A stretch of DNA of 64,000 nt from an uncultured delta proteobacterium (lineage in GTDB: Bacteria > Desulfobacterota > BSN033 > UBA1163): NCBI GenBank assembly GCA_963827685.1, contig CAWHBU010000007.1, forward strand, positions 160,001-224,000. Direction: 5' to 3'. Position 1 is the first letter of the stretch; each line of letters opens with the position of its first letter. Positions 30,607 through 40,389 of the stretch are shown here, one piece after another. Made by a program: the position numbers and the translations under genes. The notes below the pieces were generated by a model. That model was not told the origin of the DNA. It did no database searches and saw only the letters and a program-made list of their open reading frames with translations.

Positions 30607-31404
30607 CTATTGGATCTTTTTTACTCTTTCCACTATTTTGGGCAGGATGTCTCCGGTTTTTCCTTGAATGAGATAATCTGAAATTCTTCTAGTCAAAGGA
30701 GTGGGCTCGGCATTTACTTCAACGATGATTGTGCCCGGATTAGCTATCTGTGGTAAACTGGCAAAAGGATAAACGACAGCCGAGGTCCCACAAATTAGCA
30801 TTAAATCGCATTTCCAAGCCTCTCTTTGACTTCCTTCAAGAACGTCACTTGGAATGGGTTCCCCGAAGGAAACGACATCACCTTTGATCACTCCTCCACA
30901 TTGGCAATAAGGAGGAAGCTTCCCCTCCATTCTAATTTTCTCTAAACTGAGTTCATCTTTGCTGAACCTTCTATTACATACGACACACCTTAACTTATTA
31001 ATGCCTCCATGGTACTCAATCGTTTTCTTGCTCCCTGCCTTTTCATGTAATCCATCTATATTTTGGGTAATGACGCATTTTAATATTCCCATTTTCTCGA
31101 GTTCGGCTAAAGCGTCATGTCCAGGATTAGGTTGAAACTTTCCAATCTCCCCAAGAATTGAGAAGAGCCTCGACACAGAGCTCTGAGGGTCCAGTCTTTC
31201 TTCCCAATATCTTGTTGGATTCGCCTTGAATTGCTCATAGACTTCATACGCCTTCATTTCAGCTTCAGGATTTTTGGTCCAAATTCCGTCTGGGCCACGG
31301 AAATCAGGGATTCCCGATTCGGTTGAAATCCCAGCACCGGTTAAAGCTATCCCGTATCTCGCCTTGATTAAATCTTGGGCTGCCCTTTGTATTAAATCTT
31401 CCAT
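30607..31404 (-). CDS. cobB: Sir2-family NAD-dependent protein deacylase
   Basis: TGAGISTESGIPDFRG, TQNIDGLH, YHG, CxxC...CxC, GTSAVVYP. Confidence 0.9.
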   Translation of the reverse strand: MEDLIQRAAQDLIKARYGIALTGAGISTESGIPDFRGPDGIWTKNPEAEMKAYEVYEQFKANPTRYWEERLDPQSSVSRLFSILGEIGKFQPNPGHDALAELEKMGILKCVITQNIDGLHEKAGSKKTIEYHGGINKLRCVVCNRRFSKDELSLEKIRMEGKLPPYCQCGGVIKGDVVSFGEPIPSDVLEGSQREAWKCDLMLICGTSAVVYPFASLPQIANPGTIIVEVNAEPTPLTRRISDYLIQGKTGDILPKIVERVKKIQ

Positions 31405-31663
31405 CTCCTATCTCCTCATCCAGCAATTTGAGCATATTTGAAAAACTAACTTGTTGAACGTTGCGGCCTGCCCCCGAAGTCTTCGCATTTTTATAGATGA
31501 TACCGGTTTGCGATAGGTCTATTTCTTAAATAACTTAACTACGTCCCCGAGGTCCGTCACTGATCTTTCGCGTCAACAAATAAGTCAACAAAAAAATAAG
31601 GACCCCTGCTATCACTGCGATGAGGGCAATAGTGTTACTTTCTATTTTTTTTCTTGAAGAAAT

Positions 31664-32308
31664 CTAAGGCCGCCATACATTGATAGGCTTCAATGCAGCA
31701 TATAGATCTTCCGTGAAAAGTCTATCCGACTCACTGGCGTCCGCGGCGCCGGATGGGTGATTGTGCGCCATGATCACCATGCTTGCGTTCGCCTGCAACG
31801 CCCGCGCCACAATCAATCGGATCTGTGGCCTGGCTTGGTCAACCGACCCGACAGCAAGCAAAGCGTCTTCAAGTAAAGTCCCGCGCCGATTCAGGAACAA
31901 AGCCCTAAAATGCTCCTCGGGAAGTCCCTGTAATCGTGATTGCAGGTATTCCGCAGCTGCATGTGTATTCTTTAGTGACAGCCGATATCGCACATCTGGG
32001 AGTGATATGCGCCGGCCAATCTCCATGGCCGCCGCCAACTGCGCTGCCTTTGCAGCTTTCAAACCCCTAACTTCCAGTAGGGCCGAAAGCGGAATCCCAG
32101 CCACTGCTCGGAGGGAACCAAATCTCCTAAGGATTTGCCGCGCCAATTCAACGGCACTCGTACCCTTGACGCCCACGCGGAGAAGGATCGCCACAAGTTC
32201 AGCGTCTGTCAAAGCTTGCGCCCCTTGGCGTAACAGCCGCTCCCGTGGCCGTTCATTCTCCGGCCAAGCCACAATGCCTTTTGACTTATTTTTTGCTAAT
32301 TTAGACAT
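31664..32308 (-). CDS. radC: RadC/JAB-domain protein, C-terminus apparently truncated
   Basis: ERPRERL, LTDAELVAILLR, AHNHPSG...SESD; ends before the usual LDHII strand. Confidence 0.8.
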   Translation of the reverse strand: MSKLAKNKSKGIVAWPENERPRERLLRQGAQALTDAELVAILLRVGVKGTSAVELARQILRRFGSLRAVAGIPLSALLEVRGLKAAKAAQLAAAMEIGRRISLPDVRYRLSLKNTHAAAEYLQSRLQGLPEEHFRALFLNRRGTLLEDALLAVGSVDQARPQIRLIVARALQANASMVIMAHNHPSGAADASESDRLFTEDLYAALKPINVWRP

Positions 32309-32494
32309 TTCAACTTGCCTGTAGGGGTCCGGGGGACGTTGTTCAATTCTTTCACTAATTTTCCCTTCGGATATCTCATCCACCCTCACCCTCTTTACCG
32401 TAAGGCGCAAGGCGTAAGTCATAAGACGCAAACAACAAAAAAGCCCATTCTTTTTTAGAACAGGCTTAAGTTTGACGCAAAATCAGTGCCCATA

Positions 32495-32875
32495 TTATTC
32501 CAACCCGATAGGCAAATTCCTATATCTGGCAGATGTCTCATCAATCGTGACGACGACCCCTTCTTCTAACTCCTTCTCCATAGTGGATACGACTTCAATA
32601 ATACGAGATGTAACAAGATCAGGTCTTGGATTCTCAAGACGAAGGTTTATGAGGCTTGGCTTTCCATATCCGCTTAATGCCAAGATTGCAGAAAAATCAA
32701 GATCTTGTGTAATGACTACCTTGTTTTGCTGTTGTGCATAGATAAGAATGTCTATGTCTTTGCTCCCTCTGTCCATTACCTCGGAAACCCGAACAATATT
32801 CCACCCGTTTTTTCTCAACTGTTCAACGGTCAAAGGAGAGATATTCATATCGGTGAGGAATTCAAGCCTAGGCAC
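32495..32875 (-). CDS. DUF5615 PIN-like toxin
   Basis: FLTDMNIS, DIDIL, VITQDLDF; overlaps DUF433 gene. Confidence 0.85.
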   Translation of the reverse strand: MPRLEFLTDMNISPLTVEQLRKNGWNIVRVSEVMDRGSKDIDILIYAQQQNKVVITQDLDFSAILALSGYGKPSLINLRLENPRPDLVTSRIIEVVSTMEKELEEGVVVTIDETSARYRNLPIGLE

Positions 32876-33113
32876 CTGCGACTCCTTTTATTGGAATCGG
32901 TTTTGCCTTCTCTGAAGAGAGCCAAGCCGCGTACTTTAAGGCTTGAACGACGTCCTCTTCTTCAAGTTCTGGATAAACCTTCAAAATTTCTCGCGTTGTC
33001 ATCCCACTGGCAACGAGTTTGAGGATAACTGAAACGGTTATCCTCATTCCTCGAATAGTGGGTTGCCCGAGGCAAACCTCTGGATCAATGGTTATCCGAT
33101 CGAGTTCTTTCAT
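32868..33113 (-). CDS. DUF433 antitoxin
   Basis: RITIDPEVCLGQPTIRGMRITV...YPELEEEDV. Confidence 0.9.
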   Translation of the reverse strand: MKELDRITIDPEVCLGQPTIRGMRITVSVILKLVASGMTTREILKVYPELEEEDVVQALKYAAWLSSEKAKPIPIKGVAGA

Positions 33114-33312
33114 AGGTTTAATCTCCTAATCTTTTTGTTATTATATACACCAAATTACAAAAAATAGAAATAACAATGCAGGATAGGAGCGAAATCTCAT
33201 TCCCCCTCACCTTTCAATTGCTACCAACTTCTCGTATAGAGCATAGCGCAGAGCGCATAGCGTTGGCTCTCGATCGCAAGCGTAAAGCGCAAGGCGTAAG
33301 CCGTAAGACACA

Positions 33313-33486
33313 AAAACAAAAAAGCCCATTCCATTAATACCGTGATTCGTGGCCCCCTCAACCCACCGGGGCCGAAAACGGCGTGTTCCGTGTCCGTAAA
33401 TCATTGAAAAACAAAAAGCCCATCCCATTAATACAGTGATTCGTGACCCCCTCTACTCACTGGGGCCGAAGACGGCGTGATTCGTG
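33313..33486 (+). repeat. Tandem duplication of about 95-bp unit beginning with motif C (AAAACAAAAAGCCCATTCC)
   Basis: Units at 33313 and 33408 share CCATTAATAC.GTGATTCGTG.CCCCCTC...GGGGCCGAA.ACGGCGTG. Motif C also occurs at 32434 and 34151. Confidence 0.75.
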
Positions 33487-33526
33487 AATCGCAAATAAAA
33501 CCAAAACGCAAGACATGAGGTAACAC

Positions 33527-34081
33527 CTAACTTTTCCTCTTCATTTTTGTGACATAAGGAACTTTAGGCTCTTCTACCAGAAAACCTATTCGTTTCTTTG
33601 GCGGTTCGGGCTCTGGCGGTGCCATTAACTGGCGGATAGCATCGAAAACTATTTTGAACTGGGCATCGTATTTCTTTTCCAGGGCATCCAGCCTCCTGGC
33701 CAAATCTGTGTGCTGTGATATAATCTCCCGGAGTTTTGCAAAGGTCCGCATGATCTGGATATTGACCTGCACAGCCCTGGGACTGTTCAAAACACTGGAT
33801 AGCATGGCCACACCGTGCTCTGTAAAGGCATAAGGGAGTGCCCCGCCAAAATACTTCTTGTGTGGTATCACATTTTGTGATACCAAGCGCTCCGCCTCAG
33901 CACTATTAAGCTGAAACATAAAATCTTCAGGAAACCTACTGATATTTCTCTTGACTGCCTGATTTAACACCCTTGTTTCAACCTCATAGAGTTCAGCCAA
34001 GTGCGTACTTAACATAACCTTTTGCCCACGAATCAATAAAATTCGCCGCTCAATGACCCCTAAAGGAACAAGTGTCTCCAC
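33527..34081 (-). CDS. ORF6N-domain DNA-binding protein
   Basis: [46 protein letters not shown]. Confidence 0.9.
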   Translation of the reverse strand: METLVPLGVIERRILLIRGQKVMLSTHLAELYEVETRVLNQAVKRNISRFPEDFMFQLNSAEAERLVSQNVIPHKKYFGGALPYAFTEHGVAMLSSVLNSPRAVQVNIQIMRTFAKLREIISQHTDLARRLDALEKKYDAQFKIVFDAIRQLMAPPEPEPPKKRIGFLVEEPKVPYVTKMKRKS

Positions 34082-34169
34082 TTAGCCACCTCGAGGATAT
34101 CACAAATTGTGATCACCTTTAGCTTATCAAATATCTAAGGCCATACCAGGAAAACAAAAAGCCCACTTC

Positions 34170-34573
34170 CACTCCACAATTGAACCGGCAATTTTCTGCT
34201 TGGTTTTAACCGTCAATAATTGCCATTGTTTCTTGTTCTGCAGAACAGCAGTCAATTGTGGAGCTGCTGCCTCCACAATCTATGGATAGGTTAAGTAGAA
34301 TTGCCGGTACCTGTAAAGTTCACGACGATCACACCGGGAAAGACCAAGTTTCCTGAGAGTTTCGGAAAGATCATCCATGAGCCTTTCACCCTATTTGGCA
34401 CGATCCACTCCTAAACGCTCATATCGTTCAATGTAATAGCCGATAGCCCAGTTTCTCAGCGTCAGGCTGATATTGACCGCTTTGCTTGCTTGAGCCGAAA
34501 AAAGATCATGGGCCTTCCGTATAGATAAGACCAATTCGGCAAAAGTTAAATTTGTTTTCTTCTGCGTGCTCAT
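34170..34573 (-). pseudogene. DUF1016/YhcG-like nuclease N-terminal fragment
   Basis: AVNISLTLRNWAIGYYI...RAK*GERL...LYRYRQFYLTYP*IV; two TAG stops; truncated at motif C. Confidence 0.7.
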
Positions 34574-34863
34574 AAATATTCTGCTTTCAGCTTGGTTTTG
34601 CATTCAGGACAGCAGAACGTGTTTTCGTTTACCTTTATAAAACGCAGCCCAGTATCCTTAACGGCATGGTCCTTCTTATGATAGGTAAACAGGCTGCCAT
34701 CAAAGGCAACGTCTTCTATCAAGCCGCAGGTACATTCCAGTAATTCTCTATCATGAGTGAATAGACCGATTGCTTCTGCCTGTTCTTTTACCTTCACAAG
34801 CCTTCTTACCAATGGCTTCAGGTCGGACAGGGAGGAACCATCATCATGGGTTTTTTCACTCAT
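34570..34863 (-). CDS. Hypothetical Cys-containing protein
   Basis: RELLECTCGLIEDV...FCCPEC; overlaps next start (ATGA). Confidence 0.6.
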   Translation of the reverse strand: MSEKTHDDGSSLSDLKPLVRRLVKVKEQAEAIGLFTHDRELLECTCGLIEDVAFDGSLFTYHKKDHAVKDTGLRFIKVNENTFCCPECKTKLKAEYL

Positions 34864-34961
34864 TCCTTCACCTCCAGCCTCACAAGTGGAACAGGGACGG
34901 TGGTTCTAAAACAACTTAGGTCCGAGGGACCAGGTCGAATTCTGTCACTTGTTTTTCCCTT

Positions 34962-35150
34962 TCAGAAGCCTCGTTCCCCATCACCTTTCAATTGTTCCGG
35001 AGTGCGCTCCTGTAACCACAGCTTGCAGACATTCTTCCAACCTATCCTGCGCCATTTTTTAAAAACCGCCTTCAACTCGTTCAAGTCGTTTGCTTCCAGA
35101 AGATCTCTCTGGGCAGCTTTAAAATCTTCAAGAGATGCAATGGCCGGCAT
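34962..35150 (-). CDS. Small hypothetical protein
   Basis: GAGG RBS; helical 62 aa FKKWRRIGWKNVCKLWL. Confidence 0.6.
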   Translation of the reverse strand: MPAIASLEDFKAAQRDLLEANDLNELKAVFKKWRRIGWKNVCKLWLQERTPEQLKGDGERGF

Positions 35151-35182
35151 GGTCTACCTCAAAATACCGCAGAGCGCATAGC

Positions 35183-35444
35183 GCATAGCGTAAATTCTTT
35201 ATCGTGAGGCGCGAGGCGTAAGTCGTAGAAGGGAAAGAATTTAAAAAGTACAATTCCAAACCTTGTTCAACGAAGCCAGCGCTCGATCGGCGTTTTCAAA
35301 AATTCCCCCACTGGAATTCCTTGCTCTCCGACCAAGAGCTGACGTTTTACCCGAAAGGCTTTCGATAAGGCTTCCATCCCGAGAAGACGGCCCACCGTAT
35401 AACAAATTACTCAATATGCTGAGTATTATTACTCAACGTAATTA
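35183..35444. repeat. About 270-bp direct repeat copy 1 (interrupted at its end by IS630)
   Basis: Matches 37952-38223; remaining bases resume at 36550-36561. Confidence 0.85.
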
Positions 35445-36549
35445 ATACAAACGCATTAAGTAATGTTACATAGCCTACGAATCTTTTGACAAGACCATGA
35501 GCGAGTTGTTTTACAAACGACAGACCAAAGATTATCAAGGTTTTCAAACCAACGGTTGGTGGTGGATTCATAGCGAACACTGCGCCAAATCCGTTCTTGC
35601 ACGTTTAATCCCGGTTGATACGGGGGTAAATATTCGATATGGAGCCTCGGATGTTTTTTAAGAAATTGTTCGATGGGATCGCCTCTGTGCCAGCGGGCCC
35701 TGTCGACATAAAGCCAAATGGTATATTCTTTAAACCTTCCATAGAGGTGGCGCAAAAGTTTGAGAAACCCTTCTCTATCCCCCCGTTTTGTCTGAATCAT
35801 GCCATAGCGTCCAAGCAAAGGATTGACCCACCCAGAGATATTCAAACGGATACGATGCTGGCTGGTCGTGGGAATCTTAAGACGCTTTCCTTTTTTCGCC
35901 CAGCCCCGGCTAAGCCTGGGGTGCATCGTAAAGCCTGTCTCATCCTGGAATACAATTGTCTCTTTTGGCCCCAGGGACTCAAGTTTTTTTTAAAGCCCGC
36001 TGGAACTTTCGGGCTTCTTGGCTTTGTGCTTGAAGATAAGAATAACTCGCTCTCTTTAACCGATAACCCAAATGATGCATCCAGCGTTGGGCTTGCCGCA
36101 CCTTCAGGTTTATCCCGAAAGACCGTTTCAGATGAATCGCAACCGTTGGCCCATCCCATTGAGTCCGGTTTAAACCAAATTCCCGCGGAGACTTCTCTAA
36201 GTGTCCCTCCAGCACCCTTTGAATCTTTGTCTCTAACCGTGGAGGCCTTCCCGATCTTGGCTTGGATTTTAAGAACTCTAAGCCGTCTTTGTTCACCCCG
36301 TGAATCCATCGGCTTAAACTCATCCGGGTCAACCCTAACACCTCGGTTATCCATCCCGGACGTTGCCCTTCAAGCACCAGGAGTAAGGCGGCTATCTTTA
36401 TGCCTATCCAAGCCCCTGATATTTGTTCGGCTAATGCTAATAAATGCTCTTTATTGGCCTCTTTATGCTCTAAGATTAATGTGGGATTTTTCATGCCCAC
36501 ATATTAACATAAATAAACTGTTATGTCACTTTATTTAGGACGTTTGTAT
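35445..36549 (-). mobile_element. IS630-family insertion sequence, complete, TA duplication
   Basis: TIRs ATACAAACG / CGTTTGTAT flanked by TA; empty site visible in repeat copy 2 (CGTAATTAGTAAATTAAG). Confidence 0.88.
35456..36500 (-). CDS. IS630 transposase in two frames joined by probable programmed -1 frameshift
   Basis: HTH ORF 35979-36500 ends LKKT at an A8 run (35984-35991). The shifted frame gives FQDETGF...YVDRARWH...PGLNVQERIW. Confidence 0.85.
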
Positions 36550-36565
36550 TAGTAAATTAAGTACC

Positions 36566-36670
36566 TCAACCGTGAGCCGTGAGGCATAATCGACTAGACA
36601 GTTTTTTGGCCAGAGTGGTCTTGCCGACACCTGGTAACCCAATAATGTGAATGATGGGGAAGAGGCTCAT
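36566..36670 (-). pseudogene. Truncated P-loop kinase N-terminus
   Basis: MSLFPIIHIIGLPGVGKTTLAKKLSSRL (Walker A); TGATG overlap with upstream gene; stops after 34 aa. Confidence 0.6.
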
Positions 36671-37224
36671 CAACGGATCTCTTTCTCTATGCTTCTAAAA
36701 ACCTTTAAGAAATGCTGTCCCAATGATTTGTCAAACTCCTTCAACCACTTTTTGATATAGCCTGAATCATACCTCGGGTTTTTTAACAGAATGGATCTCA
36801 CATCCTCAAGATCCCTTGCCCTTCCGGCGATGACCTTATGGATCACGAGATCCTCAAGGGATGCAAATCTTACAGAAGTTCTACCCAGTTTGATATCTTT
36901 TGCCCTCTCAATGGCTTGCCTTTCATACGGGGAGAATGAAAAGATAAAATCAACTCGAATACCACTTCTTTTATCTATGGTAGGAAGCACCATGTTCCGC
37001 TCCACAAATTCCTTTTCCTTCTGAACAAGACTCTTGAGGCCAATGATCGGGATGATTTTCTTAACTCTATCCAATCCACCCACACCCATCCCCAAGGTGA
37101 TATCAATATCCCGGGTCAGTCTTGGCTCTCCATAAAGAAGCACAGCTTGGCCGCCTATGACCATGTAGGGAATCGAGGCCTTCTTCAACTGAAGCGCAAT
37201 CTTTTTAAGCAATCTCTCAAACAC
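36670..37224 (-). CDS. Nucleotidyltransferase-fold protein (AbiEii/DUF6036-like)
   Basis: YMVIGGQAV...EPRLTRDIDI, EDLVIHK..AGRARDLED. Confidence 0.8.
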   Translation of the reverse strand: MFERLLKKIALQLKKASIPYMVIGGQAVLLYGEPRLTRDIDITLGMGVGGLDRVKKIIPIIGLKSLVQKEKEFVERNMVLPTIDKRSGIRVDFIFSFSPYERQAIERAKDIKLGRTSVRFASLEDLVIHKVIAGRARDLEDVRSILLKNPRYDSGYIKKWLKEFDKSLGQHFLKVFRSIEKEIR

Positions 37225-37759
37225 TATTAACGACCTTTGCTATTTTCAGATCCACCTGTATTCCGTCGAGAGGGTTTTTTAATGGGATGACACCAAGAGT
37301 GACTGCTTCTTTATAGAGAGCCTCCACAATGTGGAAATTCCTCGCCGGGTCCACTTTTTCCTTTCTCAAAAAGTCATTCTCAAACTTTAGGAGCTCCCTT
37401 CGTTTGCGCACATCCTTACGCTTAACTCTATAAATGGCTTTGGCTTCGGCAACAACGGGTGGAGGCTGTTGTTTCTTACCTTGGATTTCCACATGAACGC
37501 TGGCTCCGAGGACATCTGCAACTCGGCGCAGCATGCTGAGAGAGTGACCTTTATACGAAGGTGATTCCAGACGGCTAATCTGCTGTTGAGATGTCCCAAC
37601 CCGCTTAGCCAGTTCTTTCTGAGACAACCCAGACTTTTTACGAAGGGAAACAAGTTGAATGGCAACGTCCCAAGCTTCGCCAGCCTTTATGAATTTCTGA
37701 GCAAAACCCGGATCTTTCAACCGTTCTTCAAGATAGAGGTCAAAATTAGTTTTCTTCAT
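37217..37759 (-). CDS. XRE-family HTH protein with extra C-terminal domain
   Basis: LRKKSGLSQKELAKRVGTSQQQISRLE, then about 65-aa extension. Confidence 0.8.
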   Translation of the reverse strand: MKKTNFDLYLEERLKDPGFAQKFIKAGEAWDVAIQLVSLRKKSGLSQKELAKRVGTSQQQISRLESPSYKGHSLSMLRRVADVLGASVHVEIQGKKQQPPPVVAEAKAIYRVKRKDVRKRRELLKFENDFLRKEKVDPARNFHIVEALYKEAVTLGVIPLKNPLDGIQVDLKIAKVVNSV

Positions 37760-37951
37760 ATCTGTATCGATAAATTCTACAGTGAATTCCATAAATAGTC
37801 AACATCAAATTTGATGTAATTAAATCCACGCGGTGTCGACCCGGGGGTGCGTAGTTGAATTCTTTCACATATTTCACCTTTGACAGATCTCATCCGCCCT
37901 CACCTTTCACATACCAACATAACGCATAGAGCATAGCGCAAAGCGCAGAGG

Positions 37952-38223
37952 GCATAGCGTAAATTCTTTATCGTGAAGCGCGAGGCGTAAGTCGTAGAAG
38001 GGAAAGAATTTAAAAAGTCCAATTCCAAACCTTGTTCAGCTAAGCCAGCGCTCAATCGACGTTTTCAAGAATTCCCCCACTGGAATTCCTTGCTCTCCGA
38101 CCAAGAGTTGACGTTTTACCCGAAAGGCTTTCGAGAAGGCTTCCATCCCGAGAAGACGTCCCACCGTATAACAAATTACTCAATATGCTGAGTATTATTA
38201 CTCAACGTAATTAGTAAATTAAG
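37952..38223. repeat. About 270-bp direct repeat copy 2
   Basis: Matches 35183-35444; contains TACTCA-n-TGAGTA palindromes. Confidence 0.85.
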
Positions 38224-38264
38224 CAACGGTTTTTTTCCAAAAAGAAGCATTCTCTATAGTGTAT

Positions 38265-38302
38265 CCTCCTGCGTCCCGCTTTGCGGGACTACGGAGGACA
38301 GG
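38265..38302. repeat. REP-like hairpin
   Basis: CCTCC..GTCCCGC-TTT-GCGGGAC..GGAGG. Confidence 0.55.
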
Positions 38303-38565
38303 TAGCGTCCGCCTTCGCCAAGGGGCTACTGACAAACTCAACTCCATATTCTGAAATCAAAACCTGACGGGGTATGTTTTTAACACCGAATAGCCTGTAT
38401 ACTTCTACCTTCTATCGAACTTTTTCAATTTAGTCAATCCCGCTCCAGATTCTTTACCCTTTGGGGCGCCTTTTTATTTCTAACTACCTCCTCTCTCAAA
38501 CTGATCAAAAGAAGCCATGCCCTCCCTTGAAAACAGATCGTCCCGCATGTTACTTTTAGTGAGTC

Positions 38566-39822
38566 ATGAAACTGCGAGTGGGTGCCAATTGGGATATTGC
38601 ATTCCTGGATGCAGTGAAAGGGACATCGGTGGATGCCCTCTTCGGCAAACTTCCTTTCGATATTGTCGGCGGGGCGAGACCCGGTTTTGTTCTTCCCCAG
38701 ATCAAGCGAACGGATGTGGAAGCCTATATCAAGGCTTGTCACGATCGAGGGTTGGAGTTTAGCTATCTCCTCAATGCTCCTTGCCTTGGAAACCTCCAGT
38801 ATTCGAAAAAAGGCTATGGGCAGCTCGTCGAGCTTCTGGAATGGATTGACCGTGCTGGCGCCGATTCGGTCACGGTGGGTATGCCTTACCTTGTGGATCT
38901 GGCGAGAAAACGTTTTCCCCGCCTCAAAGTGAAAATCTCCACCACCGCCCGGGTCAATACGGTGAGAAAGGCCCTTCAATATGAAGACATGGGTGTGGAG
39001 GAAATTATCGTTGATGAGCACATCAACCGTGAGTTCAAAACCTTAGAGGCCATCCGGAAAACGGTAAAATGTAATTTGGAATTGATCCTCAATAATATCT
39101 GCCTCTGGCAATGCCCTTATAATTACGAACACGTCAACCACGACGGCCATGCCTCGAGGGAAGGAGAAGAGGACGAGTATTGTTATCTTCAATATCCGGG
39201 TTATCTCTGCCTTTACAGAAAATTGATGGACCCGGTGGAGCTTCTGAAATCGCCTTGGATCAGGCCGGAGGATATTCCCCACTATGAGGCAATCGGTTAC
39301 GATCACTTCAAAATCACAGAGCGCTTCAAACGCACCCCTCTTCTTCTCGAGCATGTCGTGGCCTATGAAAATCGCCGCTATGATGGAAACCTCTTAGATC
39401 TCTTCACCCTTCCCAGAAGGGGGGCGTTCACCCCCATTCATCTGGAATATTTTATCCAGCCGAAACATGTCAACATCATGAAGATCTCTGAACTGGAAAA
39501 GGTCTTCGACTTAGAGGTGAGGGAATTGATTCAACTGGACAACCAGAAGCTAAAAGGTTTTATTGAGCATTTCAAGACGAAGGATTGTAATCAGACCTCT
39601 TGCTCAAGCTGCCGATATTGCGAAACCGTCTTCGAAAAAGTGGCGGTGGTGAAAAAAGAGGAAGTGGAGCGGGCGGCTCAAAAAGTGAGAAATTTTTCTG
39701 AAAAACTTGTTTCCGGAGAAATTTTTGAAATCCCGCGGTCTCATCTTTTTTTCCGCATCCCGTTGGCCAAACGGTTGCTGAAGTATCTTGTGAAGCGGCA
39801 ACTCATCACAAGTCCAAAATGA
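38566..39822 (+). CDS. U32 peptidase-family Fe-S protein
   Basis: YIKACHDRGLEFSYLLN, GADSVTV, VKISTTARV, NNICLWQCP, WIRPED, DHFKITER, C-terminal CxxxxCxxCxxC. Confidence 0.8.
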   Translation: MKLRVGANWDIAFLDAVKGTSVDALFGKLPFDIVGGARPGFVLPQIKRTDVEAYIKACHDRGLEFSYLLNAPCLGNLQYSKKGYGQLVELLEWIDRAGADSVTVGMPYLVDLARKRFPRLKVKISTTARVNTVRKALQYEDMGVEEIIVDEHINREFKTLEAIRKTVKCNLELILNNICLWQCPYNYEHVNHDGHASREGEEDEYCYLQYPGYLCLYRKLMDPVELLKSPWIRPEDIPHYEAIGYDHFKITERFKRTPLLLEHVVAYENRRYDGNLLDLFTLPRRGAFTPIHLEYFIQPKHVNIMKISELEKVFDLEVRELIQLDNQKLKGFIEHFKTKDCNQTSCSSCRYCETVFEKVAVVKKEEVERAAQKVRNFSEKLVSGEIFEIPRSHLFFRIPLAKRLLKYLVKRQLITSPK

Positions 39823-39893
39823 CAAATTCCAAAACATAAACGTCGAATGATTGGTGCGCCCCCATTTATTGGGGGCGAGACCGATCAGATCAA

Positions 39894-39916
39894 GGCAGGC
39901 ATAGAGGCCTGCCCTA
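39894..39916 (-). repeat. GTAG-type REP between convergent genes
   Basis: Reverse complement reads GTAGGGCAGGCCTCTATGCCTGCC. Confidence 0.5.
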
Positions 39917-39954
39917 CAAAAGAATAATTGATGAAATGGGATGTGTGACTATTT

Positions 39955-40380
39955 TTAATTCACTGAAAATATTTTTGTCAGGTGGGTCAATTGAAGGGGG
40001 TGTTTCAACAAGCCTTCGATCTTGAGGTTCCCGCCAAGAAGCTTTTTCAGGATATCCCTTCCAGTTTTATCAAGATAGTTAGGAAGGCCCATAAAGATGT
40101 TAATGAGACTGAGAGCTAAGATCGCATCGTGATCAGCGATGATCTTTAGGTCAGCTTTTCCAACGACGCCACCGTATATCATCAGCTCCCCACCTCTGAA
40201 AGCAAGGGTGACTGTGATATCAATATCCCTCGCTACAATCACAACATTCGAATGGAGGGCCTCGAAGCTCGATAGTTTTTGAGGGTTCTGCTCCAGATTT
40301 TGACGAAGGAGGTTAAATAGCATCTCCGCAAGGCCCACATCCTTCGCGCCGTCATCGAGGATGATCACAGGTTTTATCAT
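39955..40380 (-). CDS. SCP2-like sterol/lipid-binding domain protein
   Basis: VTLAFRGGEL...ADLKIIAD...LLGGNLKIEG. Confidence 0.65.
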   Translation of the reverse strand: MIKPVIILDDGAKDVGLAEMLFNLLRQNLEQNPQKLSSFEALHSNVVIVARDIDITVTLAFRGGELMIYGGVVGKADLKIIADHDAILALSLINIFMGLPNYLDKTGRDILKKLLGGNLKIEGLLKHPLQLTHLTKIFSVN

Positions 40381-40389
40381 TTTGATTGC

